Positions 34,996-44,159 of a DNA stretch of 53,073 bases are shown in pieces (position 1 is the stretch's first letter; the number at the start of each line of letters is the position of its first letter). The stretch comes from Bdellovibrionota bacterium (GTDB lineage: Bacteria; Bdellovibrionota_C; UBA2361; JBGSMV01). The stretch spans positions 1 to 53,073 of the forward strand of contig JBIKWF010000018.1 of assembly GCA_044356455.1 (NCBI GenBank). The letters are read 5' to 3'. The position numbers were made by a program, and so were the translations under genes. The notes beneath the pieces were generated by a model, which worked only from the letters and a program-made list of their open reading frames with translations, did no database searches and was not told the DNA's origin.

Positions 34996-36339
34996 CTATA
35001 CCGCATCGGAAGTTGCCGTGTAGCGAAGAGCTGGGACAGAGATAGCGGGGCAGAGCATCTTGAGATCTTCTACTTCATTCGACTCAGTTCGAACACTTCG
35101 CCCCAGCACTAAGGGTCCGGCAAATATACGAAGGGGCGAGTCGTTGAAGCGTAGATTGTTGACCGCCGCGCTTATCTTGCCTTCCTTTACCAAGAAGACG
35201 CCGTCCCGTGTGAGGCCAGTGAGAGCAATCGACTGTTCATCCACGAGCCTAATGTACCAAAGGTGATGAACGAGGAGGCCGTGTTCCGTCTTTGCCACTA
35301 CTTCATCAAGAGAAAGGTTGCTTCCGGAGACTATGAAGTTTAGGGGGGAGGGGATGAAGGGCGCCGATACCTTGCTCGCCCAGTACCTATCAGTTTGAAG
35401 CGACGCGACCGTTCCACGCGATATCCAGTCCGTTCTGGCAAGGGGTTCTCCTAAGGAGGAAAAGGGGCGGCAGGGGAGGTCCTGGGAGCAAGGGTCACTT
35501 GCGAGGCTAAGGTTGGGCGAGAGGCAAGTGTCTCCCAAGGCGTTTTTGCCATGAGGGCGAGAAAAAGCGCTACGCCCCTCGTCCGCAGGTCGTCTTTGCA
35601 TTTTGGAAATCAGTATTCCCAACAAATCGGCTGCCGCGGCAGGCGCCAAAATGGTGGGATAGGTAGAGGGGGCTAGTTCAATTCGATGTTCCGATGCGCG
35701 CGCGAGACGAATTGCCTCGTCGGCGACGGTAGAGATGTTAAGGTCCGAGAGCCGGTCACCACTCCAGCGGGCTTTTCCCGAACCAAGACCGCTTCGGGTG
35801 CGTGCGGTGAGGGAAAGTGAGGCAGAAGATTCTCGATAGGTAAGTCTGCTCCCTCGAGATGAGCACACCAGGTCCTCGTCTTTAGTAACTTGCAGAAAAC
35901 CGCTGAGGAGTACTCCGCTATCCTTGGCAAGGGTGAGGGCTTTCCCGATCTCGGGAAGCAGCGTATCGGCCCCTGCACCATCAAACTCGCACACGCCCTG
36001 TTGGTTCGTCGTCCACGGTTCGGGCGGCGGCACATACTCGGGGTTCACAGGACTCGCAGCTGCAATTTCAGCAGCTCTTCGCATCGTGGCGCGCAGGTCA
36101 TCTGGACATAGGCTCGTGGTTGAGGCTGTTGCCGACCTCCCTTCATGAAACACGTTTATTCGGGCGATTACCGCGTGTTCAGTGCCGCAACTTGAAAGCT
36201 CATTCGCTCCCATGCGGCCGTGGTGACTCGTGCTGCGGCGCACCTGCAAAACCACTTCTTGAGCGCTCCTTGTTGAAAGGAATTTTCCAAGATCGTGCGC
36301 AAGTTCTTCAAGAGGAGCTTCTTCCCACGCACTTGTCAT
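34996..36339 (-). CDS. TldD/PmbA family protein, non-catalytic TldE-like subunit
   Basis: ADEGRSAF, LVHHLWYIRLVD, LTGLTRDGVFL, VNNLRFNDSP. No HExxxH motif. ATGA-coupled to tldD. Confidence 0.88.
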   Translation of the reverse strand: MTSAWEEAPLEELAHDLGKFLSTRSAQEVVLQVRRSTSHHGRMGANELSSCGTEHAVIARINVFHEGRSATASTTSLCPDDLRATMRRAAEIAAASPVNPEYVPPPEPWTTNQQGVCEFDGAGADTLLPEIGKALTLAKDSGVLLSGFLQVTKDEDLVCSSRGSRLTYRESSASLSLTARTRSGLGSGKARWSGDRLSDLNISTVADEAIRLARASEHRIELAPSTYPTILAPAAAADLLGILISKMQRRPADEGRSAFSRPHGKNALGDTCLSPNLSLASDPCSQDLPCRPFSSLGEPLARTDWISRGTVASLQTDRYWASKVSAPFIPSPLNFIVSGSNLSLDEVVAKTEHGLLVHHLWYIRLVDEQSIALTGLTRDGVFLVKEGKISAAVNNLRFNDSPLRIFAGPLVLGRSVRTESNEVEDLKMLCPAISVPALRYTATSDAV

Positions 36340-37814
36340 AAGCCGCCTCCTGCTCGTAGAACAGAGACTTTGCGAAACCGAGCCGGAACTGCGCCATGCG
36401 AGACGGGAGCGACCTGGGCCGGCTGTCCTTTTCCGCAGTACAGGGATCCCCCGAGGAAATATTCACTCTCGTCGCACAACGCGTCTAGCGAATTCCAGAA
36501 TTCGGTGGTTTTTCCATAATACGCAGCATCTCGAACCATGCCATCAAGCTTGCCATTCTTGATGCGCCAGAATTCTTGCCCGCTAAACTGAAAGCTGCGC
36601 CTTTGCTGGTCAATGCTGTAGCTCTTGTCTCCGAAGACAAAGAGCCCATCTTCGGTAGATCCAATTAACTCCTGAAGAGAGAGAGGAGAAGGGTTCGGCT
36701 GGAGGCAGATGTTGGGCATGCGCTGAAGGGGGAGGTGCTGCCAACTGTCCGCGTATGCACAGCCAAATGAGGGTGCGTGGAAGAGTCTTGCAGCAAATTC
36801 TCGATTGGTCTGGTAGTTGGTAAAAATTCCTTCTTTGATGATAGGGAAAGACTGCGCGGCAATTCCTTCGTCATCAAATCCAACCGTGGCAAGTCCGCCC
36901 GCTTCCGTGCGATTTCCCGCTATCGTAACGAGTTCGGAGCCGTACTTGAGTTTTCCGAGTGTATCGGGAGTTAGGAAGCTGGTGCCTGCGTAATCTGCTT
37001 CGTAGCCAAGCGCGCGGTCGCATTCAGTGGCATGCCCGCAGCTCTCATGGATGGTGAGCCAAAGATTGGTGGGGTGAATAATGAGATCGTAGTTCCCTGG
37101 GGTCACGTAGGGCGACAAAAGTTTTTGCTTGGCATGAGCCACCGCCATTTCAAGTTCTTTCTTCCAAGGGGCAAGGCGAACTTTTTCAAAGCCAGCACCC
37201 GCCGGAGCGAAGGACGTGGTTCTCGATTCAAAATCGGCTCCGTCCGTAGTGGTAACGGTAGGGGTCGCTTCACACCAAACACGCAGGATCTCTTGAGTAA
37301 CCTCGCTGCCTTCAGTGGAAACAAAAAGTTTGATTTCCTGGATAGACCAGAGACTCACGTCGCAGTAGTTGGCACCTTCCTTGAGCGCTAATGATCCGAG
37401 TTCGCGGATAAAATCCACCTTGTCCTTAAAGGAGATCGCAAACGGATGCTCCTGGTGGGGCGTGGTCCACCGCGCCGTAACTGGGGGCGCCGGAGGGAGT
37501 GAAAGCGCTTGGGAGGAGATTCCCGATCCGATACTTGTCCAGCGAATTGCCTGCTCGGCGGCCTGCTGAATTGACTGACTACTAAGAGAAGGGGTCGAAG
37601 CAAAGCCCCAGCGCCCATTTTTGAGCACGCGGATGCCTATGCCAAAAGAGGAGTGATCAAAGGCACTTTGGAGATTGGTTTCGCGTGACGTGAGATGTTC
37701 AGTGCGGAGCTGAATTACCCGCGCATCGGCATAACTAGCCCCAAGTCGGGAGCAATAGTCGAGTGCAGCTCGTGCCGCAGAGAGGGAGGCGGCATCTGTG
37801 AGGTGGCTGATCAT
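36336..37814 (-). CDS. tldD: TldD metalloprotease
   Basis: ASYADAR, GIRVL..GRWGFAS, catalytic IHESCGHATE, FDDEG, QRMPN, CGKGQP, SHG. Confidence 0.92.
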   Translation of the reverse strand: MISHLTDAASLSAARAALDYCSRLGASYADARVIQLRTEHLTSRETNLQSAFDHSSFGIGIRVLKNGRWGFASTPSLSSQSIQQAAEQAIRWTSIGSGISSQALSLPPAPPVTARWTTPHQEHPFAISFKDKVDFIRELGSLALKEGANYCDVSLWSIQEIKLFVSTEGSEVTQEILRVWCEATPTVTTTDGADFESRTTSFAPAGAGFEKVRLAPWKKELEMAVAHAKQKLLSPYVTPGNYDLIIHPTNLWLTIHESCGHATECDRALGYEADYAGTSFLTPDTLGKLKYGSELVTIAGNRTEAGGLATVGFDDEGIAAQSFPIIKEGIFTNYQTNREFAARLFHAPSFGCAYADSWQHLPLQRMPNICLQPNPSPLSLQELIGSTEDGLFVFGDKSYSIDQQRRSFQFSGQEFWRIKNGKLDGMVRDAAYYGKTTEFWNSLDALCDESEYFLGGSLYCGKGQPAQVAPVSHGAVPARFRKVSVLRAGGGL

Positions 37815-38017
37815 AGCGCTGAAATGGAATAGCAGAAAAGGAAGGAGAGGACGAGCAGGGAGTTTAAGTTATTGCCTGTAGGGACTCCTTGCCTGGAACA
37901 GGGGAAATTGGTTCCGCCACGACGCCATCTGGGCGTTGAGAGCTGGCCTCATTTTTGCAACAGTTTTTTTGGCGTGATGCGTTGGTCCGTTCTCACGCAT
38001 GTCTGGGGGGTAAGGTT

Positions 38018-38710
38018 ATGAAGCGAGGTTTTTCTAATTTAGGCTACGTGGTAGCAGTAGGAATTTTTACTACTTTTGCGCCTTTGCTATCAAATTCCGC
38101 ATATGCTCAGTCGAGCACGTCTGCGGGAGTTGCTACTGCCCTAAGTTTCGCAAGATTTGTAAGTAGTGCCAATCGAGAGGGATTGCTTCCCTTTGTTCGC
38201 GCGGCCGAATCTCAAGCTCGTCGAGAAAGGAAGGCTGCCCGGGGTAAGATAAGGAAAGCAGTTGCACGGAAACCTATCGTAAGAAATCAACCGGGGCGGC
38301 TTGCTCAGTGCGCGGGTGGTGGAACCGTAGTTTTCCAGTCCAATGCTTTGTTCAGTAGGAATAAGCCGCATACTTTTACCTATGCAGGCGAAGCCCTCTA
38401 TAGTGAGTGCTTAGGGGTTACCGGAACCCACTCTACTGAGATCTCTGGCCGAATAGTCGCGAAGAATATTTTAAGCGCGTCAAGCATCAGAAGTTCTCTC
38501 GTTGCCTCTTGCGGCGCGGCGGGCCTGGCCCGAATAGAGACGGATCTTCGCGTAGATAGAGTCGAGGGCCCTAAGACTAGCTCTGCAGCGATCAACGGGC
38601 AGTTGACACTTATGTGCGATGCCGGCCCTTATGTAACCTGTAGCTGGAATGCGGTTGACCTGGATGATACGGCGGCCCTGGCGGCGGGCTGTAGCGCCAC
38701 GGGGTTCTAA
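38018..38710 (+). CDS. Secreted hypothetical protein, beta-rich with several Cys
   Basis: Signal peptide ending AYA, basic helix, CAGGGTV motif, alternating beta pattern. Confidence 0.65.
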   Translation: MKRGFSNLGYVVAVGIFTTFAPLLSNSAYAQSSTSAGVATALSFARFVSSANREGLLPFVRAAESQARRERKAARGKIRKAVARKPIVRNQPGRLAQCAGGGTVVFQSNALFSRNKPHTFTYAGEALYSECLGVTGTHSTEISGRIVAKNILSASSIRSSLVASCGAAGLARIETDLRVDRVEGPKTSSAAINGQLTLMCDAGPYVTCSWNAVDLDDTAALAAGCSATGF

Positions 38711-38713
38711 CAA

Positions 38714-39049
38714 TTAATCTTCTTTATCCTCGTCAGGCACGAGTCCCGCATCTACTGCCATTTTCACGGCATTTGTCACTAGTTCTTTATTGGATGCCGA
38801 GAGCGTGCCATCGGCAAACATCTTTTCAGCTTCTTCGCCTATCATGTTCATGAGTGCTTCGCGTTCCGCAAGGCTCATCACTCGCGTCGATCGACGTTTC
38901 CCCACGGCGCCAGCCTTGCCTACGCCGCCCACTCCCGTCGTGGCTTGAATGCTCTTTACCTCACCAATGCCTTCAGTCTTTTGAATTCCGGAGGCTTCGG
39001 TCGTGGAGGTGACTCCCCCTAATTTCTTATCGCCAATCTTCTTGGTCAT
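38714..39049 (-). CDS. Small hypothetical protein with a low-complexity N-half and helical C-half (FlgM-like architecture)
   Basis: G/T/K-rich N-terminal ~55 aa and amphipathic acidic helices at the C-terminus. ATGA overlap with the upstream sigma gene. Confidence 0.65.
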   Translation of the reverse strand: MTKKIGDKKLGGVTSTTEASGIQKTEGIGEVKSIQATTGVGGVGKAGAVGKRRSTRVMSLAEREALMNMIGEEAEKMFADGTLSASNKELVTNAVKMAVDAGLVPDEDKED

Positions 39050-39876
39050 AGTCCCTCACGCGATGCAGTAGGCCGCTTGGGGGTAGCGTCTATCCCCTTG
39101 AACTTATGCGCAACTAGATCTGAGAAATTCCCGGGTAATTTCTCCTTCTTGAGTTTCAAGGCCGTGGTCTTTAATCCAGGTCGTACCTTAGGGGCAGGAG
39201 AGGCCTTTGCGGTATTGATACCTTTGAGAAGATAGGCCAGGAGCACCTTGTGCTCTCGAATGACATTAAGCTCGTCAATGCCCCAGTCGGAGGCTACCGT
39301 GCGCATGGATTCGCCCTCCCAATAGATTTTCCACATGAGAGCTTGGTGCACAGGCTCTAGGGTCGACATCAGCTCCACAAGCCTTTTAAAGTCGAGCATG
39401 TCGTCTGGCTGGGCGGTGGAGGCTTGTTTCGCGGCGATGATGCTCGCTCCAACGAGGAGTTGTCTGACTGCGGATCTTGTATCTCCGTCCCCTCCGTCGC
39501 CGCCGTCTTCCATCATCGGCAGTTCGCCGCTACGGAGTTCGGGGAATACATTAAAGAGTTCAGCAGACACTTCGCGTGCGTTTTGCTCGGCTTTTTGAGC
39601 GCCGGTAAGTCCTCTTCTCCAGCCGCGAGATTTCCGAGCTGCGTCCGTTGAGGCCTCATGGATTCTCTTACGCGCGTAGCCGCGAAAGGGAATGCCGCGG
39701 GCTGGGTCAAAGCGTCTTGCACAAAAGATGAGAGCCTCCATCGCCGCGCCATCTAACCCATCGAGACGCCAATCCATATTCCACGCGCGCGCTACTGAGC
39801 GGGCAATGCTCTCGGCCCACCCTTGGTGTTCGAGCACCATGCGGTCGGCTTCCTCGATTGAAATTGTCTCTCCCAT
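39046..39876 (-). CDS. Atypical sigma-70 group 3 factor (FliA/WhiG-like region 2, divergent region 4)
   Basis: MVLEHQGWAESIAR...ARRFDPARGIPFRGYARKRI (region 2) and LEPVHQALMWKIYWEGESMRTVASDWGIDELNVIREH (region 4-like). Confidence 0.75.
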   Translation of the reverse strand: MGETISIEEADRMVLEHQGWAESIARSVARAWNMDWRLDGLDGAAMEALIFCARRFDPARGIPFRGYARKRIHEASTDAARKSRGWRRGLTGAQKAEQNAREVSAELFNVFPELRSGELPMMEDGGDGGDGDTRSAVRQLLVGASIIAAKQASTAQPDDMLDFKRLVELMSTLEPVHQALMWKIYWEGESMRTVASDWGIDELNVIREHKVLLAYLLKGINTAKASPAPKVRPGLKTTALKLKKEKLPGNFSDLVAHKFKGIDATPKRPTASREGL

Positions 39877-40095
39877 CCCGGCTCTTCTCCGTGTTTAGAG
39901 GCGAGAATAGCCTCTTTTTGCCAATCAAACCAGGGTCTTACATAAATCTGCATAAAAACTGAAGCAGCTCTACGAATCCTGCGGAATAGCAATCAGAAGA
40001 TCACTTCGGCACCTCTGAAGGTTGTCTGAAGTACTTCGAAACTCGCTGAATTGACTAGGGATTTACCCCACTTTTGGGGTTTTGGTGGTGAAGTC

Positions 40096-40980
40096 ATGAA
40101 CGCAATGCCTGCTTTGAAGCTCAATGTAGAAAATCTTCCTCATCCTGGTTCTCGGGTTGGAAAGACGAAGAACTCCGGAGCAAAGGTCATTAATCTTAAG
40201 GGTCGTACGGCGGCTAAGCCCCGCGGCCTCTCGCAAAAGCGCCGCGATGAGCTCGTTCTTGAATTTCGCCCAAAGGCTCGCAAGCTTGCGCGTAGCATCC
40301 TTCGTAAATGGCATGCACGGCTCGACCTTGAAGAAGTAGATAGCATTGTAGATTTGTCGCTTTGCGAGGCTGTGCAGCGTTTCAATCCCAGCAAGGGCGC
40401 CTCCTTCATGACCTTCTTTTTCTATCACCTTCGTGGCAACTTGATTCGTGCGGTGACTACCGCTGCAAATCTTAACTCCGTTCCGCTTCCTGAGGGTGAC
40501 CTCATGGACCGTGCTCAGGGCCAAGATGGCGCCTTCCGTGGTGGAAGCGCGATTGAAGTTGCTGAAGCGCTTTGCGGATTTGAGGCTCCTATGCCTGATG
40601 ATCTCCTTCATAGAAAGCAAATAGCGCTTCTCAGCACGAAGGCTTGCGACAAGCTTGATTCTTTGGAAAGGGAAGTTATCAACCGCGTGTATCTAGAAGA
40701 GCAGCAGCTCATGGACATTGCGCATACTCTTGGCTACAGCCGCTGTCATATCTCTCGCGTAAAGCGTAAGGCTCTTGAGACACTTTACACTGAGCTTCGT
40801 GCCACTGCGCAGTTTGAAGATCTTGGTGCAGGACCGATGACGGATGATGAAGACGAGCAGGAGGATATTCGTAGGTCTTCCTCGCGTCGCTCGATTCAGC
40901 GCCGCCGTCCGCGTTCTTCAAAGCAGTGTTCGCTCACCGCAGAGCGCATTGCGATTCTTGAGGCTTCTGCCACCCGCTAA
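40096..40980 (+). CDS. Sigma-70 group 3 RNA polymerase sigma factor (FliA/SigB/SigF-like)
   Basis: RDELVLEFRPKARKLAR...EAVQRFNPSKGASFMTF (region 2) and LDSLEREVINRVYLEEQQLMDIAHTLGYSRCHISRVKRKAL (region 4 HTH). Confidence 0.85.
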   Translation: MNAMPALKLNVENLPHPGSRVGKTKNSGAKVINLKGRTAAKPRGLSQKRRDELVLEFRPKARKLARSILRKWHARLDLEEVDSIVDLSLCEAVQRFNPSKGASFMTFFFYHLRGNLIRAVTTAANLNSVPLPEGDLMDRAQGQDGAFRGGSAIEVAEALCGFEAPMPDDLLHRKQIALLSTKACDKLDSLEREVINRVYLEEQQLMDIAHTLGYSRCHISRVKRKALETLYTELRATAQFEDLGAGPMTDDEDEQEDIRRSSSRRSIQRRRPRSSKQCSLTAERIAILEASATR

Positions 40981-41005
40981 CTAGGCAGGGAAGGATGGTC
41001 TTAGA

Positions 41006-41051
41006 GAGGGGGCTGCTATCCGGATAGGGTAGCAGCCCCCTCCGCATTTTT
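41006..41051 (+). terminator. Intrinsic terminator after the sigma gene
   Basis: GAGGGGGCTGCTA-loop-TAGCAGCCCCCTC 13-bp stem followed by CGCATTTTT. Confidence 0.8.
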
Positions 41052-41342
41052 GCTCTTCCCCGTTACTTTACTTTACTTGTAGTTTCCCTTATTAGAGCCA
41101 GCCGGCTGAGAGAAGGCCAAGGTGTTCAGATTGGCTGTTTGCCGGTCAGGGCGCGCTAGGCCTTGCTAGGATGCTGAATTTATTGAGCTTTAATGCTCGG
41201 CACCCTTTCGCTAGAGAAGAGGATCTAACCTTACATCCCCCCGGACAGTTTTTTTGTCTGGCGTTTTGTCTGGGAGCACAGGTTTACCTCTGCATAGTTT
41301 GGTTTCTGAACGTCATTTTTTGAAGATTACCTTTTGGGGCGT

Positions 41343-41420
41343 ATGAGTGGAGTAGAGCTTATTGCTTTCTTTTTCGCTGGGGCCATGGTTCTCAGTATTG
41401 TTTTCGGTAGCTGGTCCTAA
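41343..41420 (+). CDS. Candidate 25-aa single-TM microprotein (MSGVELIAFFFAGAMVLSIVFGSWS)
   Basis: ATG preceded by GGGG, uniformly hydrophobic sequence, in an otherwise empty 700-bp gap. Below the ORF-track cutoff. Confidence 0.35.
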   Translation: MSGVELIAFFFAGAMVLSIVFGSWS

Positions 41421-41450
41421 GCTGGCGATTCAAATGACAATTCGTTAAGC

Positions 41451-41506
41451 TTGGCGTTCGCCATAATGAATTTGGCGTTCGCCATAATAAATTTGGCGTT
41501 CGCCAT
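41451..41506. repeat. 21-bp tandem repeat (x2.7), each unit with a TGGCG-TT-CGCCA palindrome
   Basis: ttggcgttcgccataatgaat / ttggcgttcgccataataaat / ttggcgttcgccat. Confidence 0.92.
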
Positions 41507-41700
41507 GCTACTGCGTGACGCCTGATAGTTGTTTCTGGGCGTGCCGGATAAAGAGCAGGAAGACGAATCTACCGTTTTAAGGTTCGCGGATTCCATCTTT
41601 TCATTTGGCGCGAGAGCTCAGCTACGTTTGGGCCAGAAGGATTAGACCGCAGAGATTGAATCGGGCGACTTTTAGCGCGGCGCTCAAGGAACTAAACATC

Positions 41701-43581
41701 ATGCGCAGCCCAGTACGCGGCTCTTCGACCATCCACATTATTCTACTCTCCTTTGCGTGCACTCTCGTGCTTTTTCTCCTCAGTTCTGTTGCTGTGATTG
41801 GGACCTCTTCTGAGGCGCGGGAAGCTCACATTATTCAAGTCATGGTGAATAAGGGCGATTGGCTTTTGCCGACGAGAAATGGACTCATCCCATCGAAGCC
41901 GCCGCTTCATCACTGGGTTGCGGCGGGTGCAGGGGTGGCGGTGGGTAAGGTGAGCGAGGTAGTGGCGCGGCTACCTTCCGTAGTCGCGGGCGGTCTTGTG
42001 CTTTTGCTCACGGGACTTCTCGCTGCGAATCTTGCCAGGCGAGTAGGGGGCCCTTCTGGCGGTGACGCGAGCTCAAGTTTTGAGAGCGGGCCCGCGGTTT
42101 TTGGAATTGCCGCCATGCTCATTCTAGGAACTACCTATGGCTTTACCTACATGGGGACAGATGCTCGAGTAGACATGACCTTCACCTTCTTTTTGGTTGC
42201 TGCCTGCTCAGTAATGCTCAGGCGCTTGTTCTCTCATGTGGCTGAGCCTCGTGCTCTTGTGAATCTTTACCGGGAGCAAGACTTCTTTTGGTTCTACCTC
42301 CTCTGTGGGTTGGCGGTTTTGGCAAAGGGCCCACTTGGAATAGTGCTTCCACTTTTGCTGGCAGCTGCGGCAACTCTCTCTCTCTTTAGTCCTTCCGAGA
42401 TTTTCAGAAATTTCCTCCGACCGCGTTGGGGGTGGCTAGTTTTTGTTGCAGTAGTTTCACCCTGGTATGTGGCAGGGGCTCTCCAAGGAAGTGGTGGGGG
42501 CCTGCTTTCGCGTCAGTTGGTATTTGAAAATCTGCAGCGCTTTACGGGCGGGGAAGAAGTTAATTCAGAATCCTTTTGGTTCTACTTTGGTTCTTTTGCC
42601 CGAGTTGCGGCTCCCTGGTCGCTCCTTTCGGCTTGGTGTGTGCTGCAATGGATGCTTGGGAGACAAAAAAATGCGGCGGCTTCTTCGAGAGAAGATCGCT
42701 TTGGTGCGGCGGTACGCGGCCTTGGGTATGCCTTTGCTGCGGGCTTCCTCTTTTTCTCCCTTGCCTCAGGCAAGAGGCATTCGTACCTACTCCCTCTTTT
42801 CCCCTTTCTGAGTATCGCCCTGGCTGCCGTAGTTCTCTCATGGTGGAACAGGCAGACACGGGGGGTGCACGCGCGCCTGCGTCTGGTGGTACGAATCTGG
42901 GCCTTGGGCTCTGCGGTGATTCTATTGTTTCTTCCTACCCTGCTTCTGTTGCCGCTGGTATTCCCGCCCAGAGCTATAGAGCTTGGTTTTCCGATGCAGC
43001 TAACTCCGCTTTTTTTTAGGGCCTGGCTCATGCTTGGGACTACCTCGGTGGCCGGGTTCTTGGCCTTTTATATGCTTGCGCAAGCCCCTTCTTGGAAGAA
43101 CCCCGTTCGAGCTGCATGGCTTATCGCTTTTGGAGCTTTTACCCTCTTGTCGACGGGCACCACCCTCGGAAATGCCGTGAAGAATGAGCTAAAAAGTTTC
43201 CCGGCTATCTCGTCTCAGGTCCTCGGCCTCCTTGGGGAGAAGCCTTTGTCGGTAATTCGTTCAAAAGGGGATGAATTTTTTGACCCGGTCTTGTTTTACA
43301 TCGAGCGAGAAGCGACTCTTATACCTCCAGAGGTGTCTCGGGTTCCCTGTGGAATGGGGATGGTGCTTGCGCGCCGCGAGTTCTTTGACACTTTTGTCGC
43401 CTTTGCAGGAACCCACGGGGTAGAGCTCGGAGAGTTCCATGTGTTCCGCTCGCTTGGAAGCGAATTGCAAGGGAATGAGCAGGACCAGATTGTCCTTTTT
43501 AGTTGTCAGGAGAGAAGTAGTCGCGATGAAGCAGAGAGTTCTATTCGCCTCAACCAACCGCGGGAAGTTCTTGGAACTTAA
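41701..43581 (+). CDS. Second ArnT/PMT-like GT-C membrane glycosyltransferase
   Basis: SEAREA, SKPPLHHW, ARLPS, ARVDMT, LAKGPLG, KRHSYLLP. Paralog of 19120..20886. ATG follows AAGGA. Confidence 0.88.
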   Translation: MRSPVRGSSTIHIILLSFACTLVLFLLSSVAVIGTSSEAREAHIIQVMVNKGDWLLPTRNGLIPSKPPLHHWVAAGAGVAVGKVSEVVARLPSVVAGGLVLLLTGLLAANLARRVGGPSGGDASSSFESGPAVFGIAAMLILGTTYGFTYMGTDARVDMTFTFFLVAACSVMLRRLFSHVAEPRALVNLYREQDFFWFYLLCGLAVLAKGPLGIVLPLLLAAAATLSLFSPSEIFRNFLRPRWGWLVFVAVVSPWYVAGALQGSGGGLLSRQLVFENLQRFTGGEEVNSESFWFYFGSFARVAAPWSLLSAWCVLQWMLGRQKNAAASSREDRFGAAVRGLGYAFAAGFLFFSLASGKRHSYLLPLFPFLSIALAAVVLSWWNRQTRGVHARLRLVVRIWALGSAVILLFLPTLLLLPLVFPPRAIELGFPMQLTPLFFRAWLMLGTTSVAGFLAFYMLAQAPSWKNPVRAAWLIAFGAFTLLSTGTTLGNAVKNELKSFPAISSQVLGLLGEKPLSVIRSKGDEFFDPVLFYIEREATLIPPEVSRVPCGMGMVLARREFFDTFVAFAGTHGVELGEFHVFRSLGSELQGNEQDQIVLFSCQERSSRDEAESSIRLNQPREVLGT

Positions 43582-44119
43582 GGGCCCACTTGCTGCTCAC
43601 GGAATAGATCTTGTTTTGCCATCTGATTTAGGACTTCCGACGGCTCCTCCTGAAGTTGACGAGGATAGACCCACCTATGAAGGCAACGCCCGCAAGAAGG
43701 CTCAGGCGTATGCGCTTTGGAGCGGCATGCCTACCTTAGCCGACGATACTGGTTTAGAGGTTGAATGTTTAGGAGGCGCGCCTGGTATTTATTCGGCGCG
43801 CTACGCGGGTCCAGGGGCAGGGCCGAAGGAAAATAAGCTCAAACTTCTCAAAGTGCTTTCTAAAGAAAAAAAGAATCGACGTGCTCGATTCGTTTCGACT
43901 CTCATTCTGCAGTGGCCTAACGGCAAATCGCTTGAGTCACACGGTAGTTTGGAAGGTTCAATCGTAGTGGCTGAGCGAGGCTCAGGAGGCTTTGGCTACG
44001 ACACGCTGTTTGAAGTCGAGGGCCGCGGCCGCACACTCGCCGAGCTTAAGGGCGCCGGTGAAATTGTCGATACTCATCGGGCGCGAGCTTTGAGCGGGCT
44101 TATTGGGAAGCTTCGCTAA
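43526..44119 (+). CDS. rdgB: Non-canonical purine NTP pyrophosphatase (RdgB/Ham1)
   Basis: FASTNRGK, NARKKA, LADDTGL, GAPGIYSARYAG, GFGYD, and THR in place of the usual SHR. Overlaps the upstream gene by 56 bp. Confidence 0.9.
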   Translation: MKQRVLFASTNRGKFLELKGPLAAHGIDLVLPSDLGLPTAPPEVDEDRPTYEGNARKKAQAYALWSGMPTLADDTGLEVECLGGAPGIYSARYAGPGAGPKENKLKLLKVLSKEKKNRRARFVSTLILQWPNGKSLESHGSLEGSIVVAERGSGGFGYDTLFEVEGRGRTLAELKGAGEIVDTHRARALSGLIGKLR

Positions 44120-44159
44120 CGCCGAGCCGCGCTGACTGAAACGAGCAGCAAGGAACGCT

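Noticed and set aside
34996..37814. TldD/E as part of a RiPP cluster
   Set aside because: No precursor peptide, YcaO, radical SAM enzyme or exporter is adjacent, and stand-alone tldDE pairs are common.
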